Assembly (NCBI RefSeq): GCF_036321535.1
Contig: NC_087436.1
Location: 78,060,001 to 78,124,000 of the forward strand
DNA length: 64,000 nucleotides
DNA from: Camelus dromedarius
Taxonomy: Eukaryota
Direction: 5' to 3'
Shown here: positions 50,893 through 63,640 of the stretch, one piece after another
Position numbering within the stretch: position 1 is the stretch's first letter
Layout: the number at the start of each line of letters is the position of its first letter
Notes under the pieces: generated by a model
What the model was told of the DNA's origin: nothing
Database searches by the model: none
What the model saw: only the letters and a program-made list of their open reading frames with translations
Position numbers and translations under genes: made by a program

Positions 50893-52424
50893 AAAAAAAT
50901 CTATGAAGCAATAAGAGAAGTGATATACAAATAAGGGGGAAAAATCATGAACAGTCTTTGTATGTCTTAAGTTTGGGGAAAGCTTACATAGTCTGGCTCA
51001 TGTTAATAAAGGTTTTCTTGCTCCTCTTGTCTCCCCAATAGGGGGCGAAATTCTTTGAGATCCTAACTTTGTCTCACTCAAGAAACAGTGTCACAAAGTA
51101 ACAAAAGGTAATGTTAAGAAGGCTGCCAGGGAAAGGACACCAAAGGGAATCTAAGTTCATTTTTCTGACAGAGCAGAGCAAGAGTGTCAATATTTAATGA
51201 GATTTTTACAAAGCCTCTTCCCAACAATTGCAAACAGTACTGTTTTTGGAGCCGTTGTAGGTGCTTGAATTGCAGTAAAGGAATCTTCTATTCTGAGCAG
51301 TGAAAATGGTAGACACCCGAGGAGCAACACATTGCACCAAAATCTGTCCAAGGTGAACATTTGTGTTTCCTGTTCCTGGCAAGAAGCCATCCGCCGCCGG
51401 ATGGATAGGCAGCCCATGGAGGCAGAACCCATCCTCTGCCTTATAACCCAGTAACTGTCCAAGTACATCTTGGAATCACAAAGCGTCAACGTTTTAACCA
51501 CCCCTTCTAAATTCTCACTTTTGGAAGGAGTCTCTCCTAAAATGTTGCACTGATTGAAAAAAATATATATTAAAGAGAAAAAGGGAAAGAGTCATGTTCC
51601 AAGTTAGAAGAGATTGAGAAAAGGGAAAAAAACTCAGGACCAGGGTTTAGTGGAAGAAGCACTGCATCCTCATACATTGAAACGTTAATGTCAAGGAGGG
51701 GGATGGGGTTTATATTTTAAAACTGTTTTACTGATTTATTCTCCAATCACTCATTCCTTCATTCCCTCATTCCAGCAGTGAAAATAAACATTATCTTGCT
51801 CCAAAATGTCTTTTAAAAGGGTGTTGCCTTAAAAAAAAAAAAAAAGAGCAATGGAATTTATTTAACTTGAGGGACATATCAGTATAAGCCCAAAAATACA
51901 TCTCACAAGTTTTGCCCGTGTGTGCCAGCCCTGGTGGTCAAGTCCAAGGCAGTCCACCTTTGCCTCATGAGATGATAATGTGAGAATCACATAAAGGAAG
52001 AGGCTGAGGTTGGAGCTTTCAGGAAAGAGACCAAATCACAAACTTCTTTAAAAACAGCATGTCTTTAAAACAATGTGTTGGACCCATAACTCTCCCATCT
52101 GTGCCAAGATATCACAAAATGTCCCAATCCAGCGTCCTTTCTGATAGGCTGTCTTGTCATCAGAGAGGTCTGTCAGGATTGATCTTGGCCAAAGCAAAAA
52201 GACTGGGCAACAGGTCTGAGTAACCTGAATCCTAACCAGTAAGATTCCTGTTCTGTGCATGGGTTTCTGCTCTTCCTTGTAGAGAAACTGACAATGTAGG
52301 TGACAGGCAGTAAGACAGAGAGATGGGTACAGGATGCAGCAAATACTTGTTAATTATTATTACGTGCAAAATACAGAGAGGAAGGGCTGTGTGAATACAG
52401 ATGCGTAAAAGTAGAAGGAATTGA

Positions 52425-52935
52425 TAAAACATTTATTGTGTACCTATATGAGTCAAACACAATATAAATACTTTACATATAGTAACTTATTTGATGATGA
52501 CAACAAAACATGTGAGGTAAGCATTACAGAGATGAGGAAAACAAGATGCAGAGATGCTAAGTAACTTGCCTAAAGCCACGCTGTGCAATCGAGGAGGAGG
52601 GGCTGGTCATGGAGGTGGGTGTGTCAGATCGCAAGCCTGTCTGACTCCCCAGAGTTTCTTGTTTGCTTCTTCTTTGTCTGTTGTTTTTGCTGCTATTTAT
52701 TGAGCTCTTACTATGTACCAGGCATTATACTAAATGTTCACATGGATTATCTGAATAAATCTTGAGGACAATCCTACTAGGTAGGTAATGTTAACTTTAA
52801 AATTTGATAGATGATGAAACTGAGGCACAGGAAAGGTAAGTTACCTGCTTGAGGTTACACAGCTACCCAGTGGTGAACCCAGGCCTTGAACCCAGGCAGT
52901 TGGATTGCAGAGCCCAGGACTCCACTACAATAGTA
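52425..52935 (-). mobile_element. Two MIR SINEs
   Basis: gatgaggaaaacaagatgcagagatgctaagtaacttgcc and gatgatgaaactgaggcacaggaaaggtaagttacctgc cores. Confidence 0.85.
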
Positions 52936-53024
52936 TATGGCCTCTTTGTATTGTTGTGTCTGACTCCAAGATCAGACACACAGAGATATGAGACACACTG
53001 AGACCATATTGAGGACTGGTGCTA

Positions 53025-53030
<6 letters not shown>

Positions 53031-53089
<59 letters not shown>

Positions 53090-53105
53090 ACACACACACA
53101 CACAC
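53031..53105. repeat. (CA)27TA(CA)9C microsatellite
   Basis: Read directly. Confidence 0.98.
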
Positions 53106-53569
53106 GGAGTAAGGGTGAACCGAGTTATCCTGATGATAGGTATTATAGGAATTCAGGAGATAACAGCTGGTTGTAGTATGAAGTGGCTAAGGAATGCCCA
53201 GAATTCCATTGCCCCCATTAAAATAATTTGAAAGTGAAAATCATTTGATTCAATTAACCCTAATATTCAGCATGATTAGGATGTCTTAATTCACTGAGTC
53301 CTATTACATCGCATTTGTACATCAGATAAATTTGGCAAGGAAAATAAGGGTAGATGTCTTAGAATCACCAGTTTTTTTTAAATTTTGCTAAATAAACTAA
53401 AAAATATCATTTACTGTCAATATCATCTCATAAAACATACCATTTAAATTAGTGAAAAACTGCCTACACTGTAATTATTTTACAATGTGTATCATGGAGT
53501 CATGAAAACGGTGTCAAAGATCATGCTGATTCACAGATCAGCACTTGGGAACAATTATTCTAGCTCCAA

Positions 53570-53790
53570 ATAATAGCTGACATTTACTGAGCATCTATTA
53601 TATGCCAGGAGCTTTGCAGACATTATCTTGAATCCTTATAGTAATTCTGCAAAGCAAATATCATTACTCCCATTTGAGAGATTAGAAATTTGAGTTTCAG
53701 GGAATGTAACTGCCATACCCTGAGTCACTCAGCTAGTAAGGGGTACTATACAAATACAGGTCCTTCTAAATTCAAAATTTATATTCTTTC
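53570..53790 (-). mobile_element. MIR SINE
   Basis: aataatagctgacatttactgagcatctattatatgccagg...ctcccatttgagagattagaaatttgag. Confidence 0.75.
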
Positions 53791-55311
53791 TTTTGCGTCA
53801 GTTGTCAATCAAAATTTTGCTTCTGTAGAAAGTTACTTCCCTAAACCCTCAATGGGTTTATAATTTTCAAATAACTAGAACAAATATATTTGGCATTTTC
53901 CTGAGTCATTGGTGAAAATTTCAAAAATAAAAAAAATGTTAAACATGCAGCCTATAACTACAGAGACCCAAACCCCTTTCTGAAGCCACGGTGTACTCAG
54001 GGGACCCACATTCTTCGCTAAGTGATCACCAGTCAGGACCTCACCCCCACTGCCTTGCCCCTTGTCCAGTAGCTGAGCTGCCACCTGACATAAGCCAAGC
54101 CTGTGGGAAGAGCGGGGGTGTGGGAGATGCAGACTCGGGGATCCTGGAAACGCTCTGAGCATGTGATAAGACCCAACTGAATCCATGTTGACATGTTCTA
54201 TTATAAAATATTCTTTCTGCAGACACTAGAATATTCATGTGGGACAAAAGGGACCTTAGAGTGCAGTCAAGCTCACTACTTTTTACAGAAGATAAACATG
54301 AGACCCAAAGGGATTCAGTGACAGCCCCAAATCTCCCAGCCAGTCAAAACAGTAACAGGACTAGAATCCCATCCAAGGATCCTGGGAACACTGGTCCTTG
54401 AAGAGGATAAACTCTGGGGAGCTTTTAGATCCTATGAAAGAAAGGAATATTGTAGAAGACAGGCCTCCCAGGAATGGCAAGGAAACAGCTGTTTAGATGA
54501 CAGTGCTCGCAGCAGAGCCTCCAACTCCACAAAACTACTCTCGGGAAAGAGCGTCCCTTTCAAGCCACTAACATCTCGGGTCACATGTGTAATATTCAGG
54601 CTGGAATATATTTTTTGCATTTGAAGTCACTTGGAAACTGTCTTTTAAGAGGATACTGTAAACATGAAAACTCTAATATAATTGAATTCCTCTTTTATGA
54701 TTTAGAGTTTTAGGATTTCATCATTTAACTTAATCATTTAATGAGGTCATCCTTTAAAACACCAGCTAGAGATCTACTTAACGTGCAGAGGTTCCGGTTA
54801 ATGAAGTCTGGCTAGTAATTGAACGTGAGCTCACAATAATCTAATTTTCTCTGTGCTGTTCAGTCTCTCAAATGAAAGCGCCTGCTGTAACGTCTGGCAC
54901 ACAGGAGACATAATCTGGATTTCTCTCCTCCCTTTCCTTCAGGTGCACACGCGGCTATCTGTGATGTGGGTGCCACACACGTGCATGCATGTGTGTATGT
55001 GTGTGTATCTACTGAAGAACCGAGGAAGCGGCTGCCACAAGAGCCCAGGCTCCAAAGGACCTGCACGGTGGCAACACTGGATGGTGGTGGTGGAATGGTA
55101 GCCAGAATTCCCACCAGACACTCTGTTCCCTGTGCAGGGTTGATCTATTCTGTTACCTGCAGTAACACAAGTCTCCCCACCAACAGGTCAGCCCTGGCTC
55201 TAACCACAGCTGACCCCAGAAGGAGCCTGGAACTGATATTCTCCAACAACCCCTCTTTCCTTTAAAGCAGTGATTCTGCTCTGGAGGGAAAAACCTATTA
55301 GACTTTTCTAG

Positions 55312-55480
55312 GCTATTGCTTCTCAAACTTACTATGCACAGAAGTTCCCTGAGGATCTTGCTAAAAGGTAGATTCTGACTCTTTAGGTCTAGGATAGGGC
55401 CTGGGATTCTGCATTTCCAACAGACTCCCAGGTGATGCTAAATGCTGCTGGTTCACAGACCACACTCTGAGTAGCAAGGA
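55312..55480. mobile_element. MER5A MITE
   Basis: gcttctcaaactt...taggtctaggatagggcctgggattctgcatttccaacagactcccaggtgatgct...gaccacactctgagtagcaagg. Confidence 0.85.
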
Positions 55481-56109
55481 TCCAGGAAGCCACTTCAAAC
55501 TCCATGTCAGTGCCCAAGGCCACCTCCATTACGGCAATAGTGAGTTCTCACCCTGGTGGAATGAGTTACAGCCTTCTGGTGAGCAAGAGAAGAGAGAAGA
55601 AACTGTTTATAATCAGAAAGCATGAGAGCAATAAAACACAAAAGCAAGTGAGAGAGAGGGAGAGAGAGAGAAGCAAGAAAAGAAAAGGGGAGGGAAAGTA
55701 GGAGATTTTAGGTCTTCGACATTCTCTGAATATTGTCTTTGTTTAGCAACACCCATTTTATAGTTTTCTTCCCCTCAGAGTATTTCTCAAATCCTTGTAT
55801 TTTATTATTTGATTTTCACAACTAAATGCATTTCTGAAGTTCTGTGTCTAAGAATCTACCATATAATGTACAATCATGTAGGGTTCTCTGCCTTGAATCC
55901 GAGCCAATGAGAAAATCAGTGGCTACCAACCTGTATTCTAGAGTCCAGTAGGAACATACCTGTGTGTGGGAAGGGAAGTGCAGGACCACCTGTTTGGTTT
56001 GGCTACTGGAAGGAATGAGCTACTGCATAACAAAGCTCACCCTGAGTTCACTGTATACGAACACAGTCCGTGGATGAGTTTAAATTGGTAAACAGGCTAG
56101 AGAAGTGAA

Positions 56110-56300
56110 AAGTACATGGATTTGGAGGCTAACATTCCTGAATTCCTATCCTTACAACCTTTGCAACCCGGGAAAATTACTGATGTATTTCATGTTTCGG
56201 TTTCTGCATCTATAAAATATGGGTAATTATGTCCATCTTTTGGTTCTAGAAAGAACTAGATGAGATAACAAATGAAAGCATCTACTATAATGTCTGAATA
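56110..56300 (+). mobile_element. MIR fragment
   Basis: gtttcggtttctgcatctataaaatatggg...atgagataacaaatgaaagca. Confidence 0.6.
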
Positions 56301-58214
56301 GAAGCCAGTATTGCTCTTTTCATTCTGAAAAAGAATATTATCTTTTTTTCAAAGTCTGATAAATAATGGTGACAAAAATTATATCAACATTTTGTTCTTA
56401 TTATTAATTAGTCATCTTAAGGCTATATTTAAAAAGAAACAGAATAAATCTTAAACACCATCATCCACACCATGACCCATTTCAAGCTCTCAGAATTGGC
56501 ATGTGGTAGGTTGACTATAGAGTATCTTTGACTCTAACAAAACAGTACTTTAATTCTAGAAGATTTGGAAGAAATAGAAAGGAAAAAACGTTAATTAGCA
56601 ATTTTGGCTTTTATAAAGTGTCCTATAATTTAGGGAGAAAGATACAGTCTCACAGTATCTCTTTAAGAGTTAAGAACATTAATAATTAAGCCCAACATCA
56701 AGCTGAAGATATAGGCACTGTAATTATTTAAATATTATGTTAATTGGGTACAGACAATTCTAGGTCATTCCACTAAATTCTTAGCCACACTATATGAATG
56801 TGAGGGCTACTCACTATTAGCTTCACTGAGACTCTCTCTCACAGAAAAAGACTGACTTTTAGACCATCTGGATGTCATCAGAAATGAAGATCAGAAAGAA
56901 TAATTTACTGACTGAACAGACATTGAAACAGCCAGTGTGGTGGATGACAAGAAGCCCATGTTTTTGTTTTTTTAAAAAAACATTTTTGTCATTTGGCTTG
57001 CATGCATTTCACATTTTGAAATATTTTGGGACAAGCATTTAAACTGTGAGGTTGAATTTCATCATTCTCAGGAAAGAAGCAGTCCTAATGGAAGCCACTG
57101 CCAAGTCACCCAGACGGTTGACCCTTCCTCTAACCTTGTTGTTAGTCTCAGAAGAAAAACTCGGATCAGGAGAGCCAAGGAGAGTGAGGCAGCCCACATG
57201 ACAAACCGGGAGGTAATCTTGCCTAATAGATTGGAAACGCACATTGTTGAGCTCTGTCTGGCTCTGGTTCCATCCCCACGCTGCCTTGGGCAGACTTTTT
57301 CACCTCCCAAATCTTGCTCAGTCTTTTCTGCTGCCAAATGTAAAAAGAAACTATTTTAGCTCTCAGAGTGCTTACCAGGCAGGGCTGGCTGGAAGTAAGA
57401 GGAAGGATATCATTAATGAGCACTTGTAAACCACACATATAACCTAGGGCACAAACTATTCCCACTGGACCTGGCGACGCTGGTGGAGAAGGAATCGGTA
57501 CTAAGAGCGGAGGTGCCACGAAGACAGGTGTGGGATGGCAGAACCCAAGCACCAGCCCCTCTCAGCCATCAGCGAGTAGAAACAAGGACTCGAGTCCCCA
57601 GCTGTGAGGAAGAAAAAGCTAACATTTGATGCGCAAGGGCTCCAGTAGGGTCACGTTACGTAGTGTTACCCACAATCAATCATGGAAACCACTCCTTTTG
57701 GAGCGAGGTCAAAAGCAGATTGGGGCTTGGCTGGGAAATAGCAGGCTTTTGAGTTTTCCAAGATTCTTCCTCCCTGCCTCCCTGTATTTATGTTGTAGTC
57801 TGTGGCTGCCTCAGAACCTCAGCTTCCTTGACAAGGGAAAAGAAGGAAACCTACACCCAACCATTAGTAAGTAAAACAAACATCCAAGTGCATCTGTGCG
57901 TAATTAGGTTTTTCATCAAGGTCTTTCAAATGGGGGCCCCGTACCCTGAGGCAGTGCAAAGATGCAGTCTGGAGAGTCTGATGGGTGAAAATAGGACCAC
58001 AGGAAATGGTTAAGGTAATCCCGTGTACAGTAGTGTGTTTTCTTTCTAGTAAGTAGACCACATCCAAGGCACATGGGGACCAGAGAGCATGATGGCTATG
58101 ACAGTTGCCCTCAGCCTGGCCTGTCCTACACCTTTGTGGCTCAGAAAGCCTGGGATGGGCCTTCACATTAATGCTTGTTTGTTTAATTTTAATCTCCACA
58201 TATAAGAATTACAG

Positions 58215-59160
58215 AATTGAGCAGTTGGCTCTGGAATCAAAACAACTTCTGTTCAAATCCTGATTCAATTGCTAACAAACCATGTGACAACCCCTGCCAC
58301 TCCGCTACTCCCCCAAAGATGCACAAGCTACTTAATCTCTTTAAAATATGGGTAATGTTGTATTTGTGTCAAAAGGCTATGGCAAAGATTAAGTGAATAA
58401 GCTTAGGATGGTCACATAATACATTTTACATATACTATTAACTCATTTACCACAATTATTTTTCTTCTTATGACTAAAGCATTTGCAGTTAAATTCTTCT
58501 AGAAGATTGTCAGAAGGCAGCGCCACTGTTCTAGGATATTTGGGTTGGATCAAGATTTATTCTGGGTTCTTGGTTAAGTAAATAAGTGCTGACCCACTGT
58601 GTAACTGAAGCCCTGTAAGAGTGAGCTGCTTCACACGTTTCTGCATGCTGTGCGTGGTGCTTGATTTCACTACGATGACTGAATTGCCAAGTCATAGATA
58701 AGCACACCACACATTTTGATACATGTTGCTAAACTACCTTCCAAAAATTATACCAACAACAAATATATAAGCTTTCTAACTGAGCACCTACTATGTGCTA
58801 GGCACTATGCTGTATCTTATTTAACTCTCAATACAATTATACAACTCAGATTTACATCTTCATAGATCATCTGATGAAAAGGAAGCTCAGCTTTGTCAAA
58901 TAATGTGCTATAATCATACAGGTAGTTAGTGATAGAGAAGGATTTGAACCAGATCTAAATTTAGATGGACCAGATGCTTCCCCACTGCACCACGCGGGAA
59001 AATGTAACCCAGGATAAAAAGTAAGTTGGGGTGTTGAAATATACTCATAAATCTGTCAGATTTATAACTTCATGACATCTAATTCCTGCATTTGTTTACA
59101 TGTCTGTAAAATGAGGAGGTTCAACTCAAGTAGCGTCTAAGATTGTTTCTAACTCAATGA
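58215..59160. mobile_element. Cluster of MIR fragments (about 58215-58450 +, 58775-58995 -, 59020-59160 +)
   Basis: ggctctggaatcaaaa...gttcaaatcctg; actgagcacctactatgtgctaggcactatgc; tgtctgtaaaatgaggagg. Confidence 0.65.
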
Positions 59161-60259
59161 GTCTACGTTGGGGAAACAGCTGGGCACTAGTCCCAGAGGA
59201 TGATGAGATGTTAAGTATTTTAAGATGGTGACAATGTTAGTTTGTTCTCTATGTTTACAAAATATCAAACAAGGAGAAAGGGACCTTAGGCAAGGCCAAA
59301 AGGTTTTAGAGTTGAAAGATCACCTAAAATTATCTGAATATCTCAGTGATACACATATATTAATGGATTCTCTGTCCTTAAACATCGCCAGTAAGAAAAC
59401 AGACCATTAGCCGTCCTATGTGGTTTGGGTATAAATTTGCCTGAAGCATAAAGCTTAATCAAATGGTCTTTTAAGGTCCTTTTATCTTTGTGTTTGTGTA
59501 ACTCCTTATTTCAAGCTTAGAGCTGACAGTGGCCTTACTGACGAAGGCATGCATGAATCTTAATCTGTGTTTCCCAAAGTCAGCCCTGTACACGCCTGTT
59601 GTCAATCCCTAAACCTGTAATGACCAGGCACTAGGTGGATCGTTTTCAACACTGGGCTCTTGTTAAAGATATAGTTCCCTAGGCCTCATCCATTAGAGAT
59701 TTTAATTCCCAGGTTTCTGATGAGAGTAGGAATCTGCATGTGTTGTTAAAACCCCAGGTAATTCTAAACGAAATGCTTCACGTGCTCCACTCTGAGGAGC
59801 CAACATTGCACTTGCTGATGTAGCAAAGGAGAGAAAGGAGCACCGTCTCTGAGCCTGCAGATGGGCTACTGCTGTCCAGTATATGGAGACAACGCGCAGT
59901 TGAGAGGGCGGAAAAGGCAGCCTGGCAAAGGGGTTCCTTTACCGTATATTTTGCAGCTGCGTGTTACTACTGATATCAAAGACCATATCCATTGTATTTT
60001 GTTGTTGTTGTTTAAATTATATTGTGAAGTCCTATCTATTGCTAACAAAATAAATCAAGAAAAATTGTCAAAATAAGTACCAGCAAAAAATCTTCCTAAT
60101 CCCTTTTGAATGATTTTCTACCTCGCGTTTCACAAACAACACTGGCAATTCCCTTCCCTGTTTCAGAACATCATTTCAACATTTCTGAAGAGACAAAAAT
60201 GTGCCTGCCGTTTCCTCTGGAGATACTAACAACCTAATCCCACCCTGTAGACATATATG

Positions 60260-61110
60260 ACTCAATCCATCGATAATCTGTATTGAGCAATTAGCAATGA
60301 AAGACACATAAGTAAACAAAGGGGAGAGAATCCCTACTCTCAGAAAACTCACAGACTAGCAGGGACATGCAAAATTCCAAGCGTGAGCATTCTCCAAACG
60401 TAAGTAGAAAGTGCTATGAAAGCACACAGTGGAGGGATCCGATGATTTAATGCGTGGAATTGTGCGGTGTTTTCCTGAAGACACATATTAAACCTGAGGC
60501 CTGAAGAATTAACAGGAGTTTGCTAGGAAAAGAGAGGGTACAGAGAAAGGCACATAAAGGAAGAACGCATGACACTCAAGCACCAGAAAGAAGGCCTGTG
60601 TGGCTGCAGCATGAAGTCTCTGGGACAGGGCTGCAGAGGAGAGGAGGGCCATTCTTTAGGCTAAGTTAAGGATTATGGACTTACCCTTAAATTCAGTGTG
60701 AAACTATTAAAGAATCACTTAGAAGCAGAAGACAGGACTGGTCTGCTTTGCTGTTTTAAAAGATCACTTGGAGCAGTAACACAGAGATGGAATTGTGAAA
60801 GGGCAAAAACGGATGCTGGGAGATCGGGTACAAGGCTCCTGAAGTGGTCCAGGTGGGAGATACTGGCAGACTGGGCTGTAGTCACGGCAATGGGACAGGG
60901 AGAGGTGGGTGCAGTCACAAGATATTCAGGAAGTAGAATTGGCAAGAATTGTTGGATTGGTTGGGTTTGAGTAGAATGAGGAGTCAAGAACACCCAGGTT
61001 CTAGCTTGAGCGACTGGGTATCATTTCCTCAGATGGAAGAAGATAGAATAGGACAAGGCTGTGATTCAGACAAGTGAGTCTCCAGTGGGAAGTCAAGAAT
61101 ATGTGAAATG
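60260..61110 (-). mobile_element. L2 fragment
   Basis: tccctactctcagaaaactcacagactag...ttttaaaagatcacttggagc...ggagtcaagaacacccaggttctagcttgagcgactggg. Confidence 0.8.
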
Positions 61111-61710
61111 CATTTAATTGGCAGCCAGTCACATGAGAATCAGGCAAAAAATATCCACCCCTCCCATTCAGCTCACTACAACTACTGTCATTTCTAAAAT
61201 GTTATTCAACACAAGGCTCCTTGATCTAGGATCCAACAAATGCAAAGTCCCATGGCAATTTTCTGCCCAAGCTTCCACTTCCACAGAATTCTGAGCTTAG
61301 AGCCAACAATTTTCCAACCTAAATCATACATTAAGTCAAGCTGTTTACAGAGAATGTCTGTAATGATACCCGGTCTGCTCTTTCATTATATCTAGGATAA
61401 ACTCTTACAGGGAAGCCAAGGTTGAATCAATTGTCCACTGCAGATTCATCATTAACACAATCTCAAAAAGAAATATAGTAATCCTTAATGTTGGAGGTCC
61501 CTTTAGCGTTGGAGGTCTCTTTGAATATAGATGCTTCCACATTCACTGTACAGTTATTTATTGAATTTTTCAAATATGTATTTTTAATAATCCCAAACTA
61601 TAATCCAGGCCAGTCAGACCACCATTTGGTAGGACTGAGAGTCACATTGGGTCAGAAGATATCTAATAATATATGAAGTTCACTGAGTTCCTACTTCGTG
61701 CCATGTATTT

Positions 61711-61910
61711 TTTCCCCATTTTTAAAATTGAAGTATAGCCAGTTGACAATGTTGTGCTAGATTCTGGTGTACAGCATAGTGATTCAGTTTATATATACAC
61801 ACACACACACACACATATATACATATATATATATACACACACATATATATTCATATTCCTTTTCATATGCTTTTTCATTATAGGCCATTACAAGGTATTG
61901 AATATAGTTC
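61711..61910 (-). mobile_element. L1 3'UTR tail with internal (CA)/(TA) microsatellite
   Basis: attgaagtatagccagttgacaatgttgtg...tctggtgtacagcatagtgattcagt...tacaaggtattgaatatagttc. Confidence 0.9.
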
Positions 61911-61994
61911 GGAAGTAGCTCAGTGGTAGAGCACATGCTTAGTGTGCACAAAGTCTTGGGTTCAATTCCGCAGCACCTCCATTAAAAAAAAAAA
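61911..61994 (+). mobile_element. vic-1-type SINE (short form, slightly 5'-clipped)
   Basis: gtagctcagtggtagagcacatgcttagtgtgcacaaagtcttgggttcaattccgcagcacctccattaaaaaaaaaaa. Confidence 0.9.
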
Positions 61995-62434
61995 GACACA
62001 GCCACATCCATGCTATGTATTTAAATTCATGTCTCTTAACAACTCTAGAGATCATTTGATGGTTAAAGAAAGTGGAGTTGAGTGAGGCTGCGGCGGCCAA
62101 GGTCACACAGTAAGTGGTGCAGCTGGAGTTCACACCCAGGTCTACCTGGTGTCTGAGCTCTTTGAACTTCTCTAAGATGCTGCTTGTGAATTCAGCAACC
62201 AATAGAGGCAGATGGTATTGTCAGGTTTAGAGAAGAAGTTTAATTATCCCCACCCCGCAATTGGGAAGCAGGTCCTTAAGACTCTCATTCTTCTTTATAT
62301 GAGTAACATCCAGAAACTCCTTAGTGCGTATCATTCATCTCAATGGCTTCATGGTAAATAAAGCATGTGAAAAAGATTATCTTTGATTTATTTCAGCCTA
62401 GTTTAAGGAGAGTCTGTACAGCAGCATACCTTTA

Positions 62435-62890
62435 AAATAATATTTAAATCACCTCAAACTGGAAACCACCCCACTGTCCATCAACAGTAGAATAGATGAA
62501 GAGATTAAGGTGTTTTAAACAATTGAATACTCTATAGCAATCAGAATGAACTTAACTTAACTGCCAGCGGCAACATGGATGAACTCACAGATGTAATACT
62601 CAGTGAAAGAAGGCAGACACAGACGAGTATCCACAGAGTGACTCCATGCATCCAAGGTACAAAATTGGCACAACTAGCCTATGCTGTTATCACGCGGGCT
62701 ATTGGTTACGTTTGGGAGGGTGGTGCCTGGGAGTGGGCACGCAGGGCGAGGGGGTCCGGGTGCTGTTAATGTTCTGTGCTGGTACACATCTGTATTCACT
62801 TTGTGAAAATTCATCAAGCCTTATATTTATGATTTTTGTTCTGTCTCTTTACCTATGTATTACTTTAGTTCCATAAAAGTTTACTAAAAG
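62435..62890 (+). mobile_element. L1ME-like 3' end
   Basis: aaactggaaacc...tgtccatcaacagtagaatagat...caacatggatgaactcacag...ttcactttgtgaaaattcatcaagc. Confidence 0.85.
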
Positions 62891-63247
62891 ATAAAAATAC
62901 TTAAAATGACTTTCAGGTTCAGGTGAGACCTTAGATACTTAGAGTACTCTAATCGATAAAAATACCAAAAAGTTCCCTATCATTAAGCTTGGACTTAAAA
63001 TTTAAAACAGATATCTAATGAAAAGGATTCACAGAAGCACAGTTTTTTTTTTAAGTTAAATGCTAATAACAATAAGCAGTTGGAAATACTTTTCACAAAA
63101 GGTTATTAATGTATTTCAAAGACTGTCTAACTGTAGGATAGGACCATAGAGAGATTTCAACCATATGGAATCTTGAGCAACAATTTCCACTGTACTCAAG
63201 GATAAGTTACAAAATCCTTCAGCTTCCACGTCACCAACCCCTAAGAG

Positions 63248-63640
63248 CGGGATAATTCCTACCTTCCTCACAGGAGTGTTGTGCTGCTTAATTAACGTGT
63301 AAAGCACTTTCTGCTCCCTGGGTGAAAGGTACCACGAAGAAGCAAAGCATAATTATGTTTTAATTGCACGGCTGATTTTGAAGACACAAAAAGAAAAAAA
63401 AAGTGCTATGAATTGCAATTAAATCAGATTACTCCATTAGAATCATAGTCATGATTTATGCCTTCTGGTTTCTGCTATATTTGGGGAAATGGCCTTTTTT
63501 ATTTTTTAAGTCTTTCTGGCTCAGCTTCTCCATCTGTAAAATGGGATGACATGCTTTCCACGATTTGCAAGTATTTCTTTATTCTTCGCAAAGTCCTTCA
63601 GTAATCCTTGGATGAAAAGAAGGTACGTATTGCTACAGAA
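63248..63640 (+). mobile_element. Two ancient CORE-SINE tail fragments (MIR1_Amn/MIR3-like; about 63248-63358 and 63518-63640)
   Basis: cctcacaggagtgttgtg...tgtaaagcacttt...gggtgaaagg...gcaaagcataattat and ctcagcttctccatctgtaaaatggga...atccttggatgaaaag. Confidence 0.55.

Noticed and set aside
52988..53231. His/Thr-repeat ORFs (and the Cys/Val-repeat ORF at 32437-32853)
   Set aside because: Translation artefacts of (CA)n/(TG)n microsatellites
54974..55008. 35-nt alternating purine-pyrimidine run (Z-DNA-prone, quasi-palindromic)
   Set aside because: Degenerate CA/TG microsatellite of a kind common in mammalian DNA; nothing indicates function
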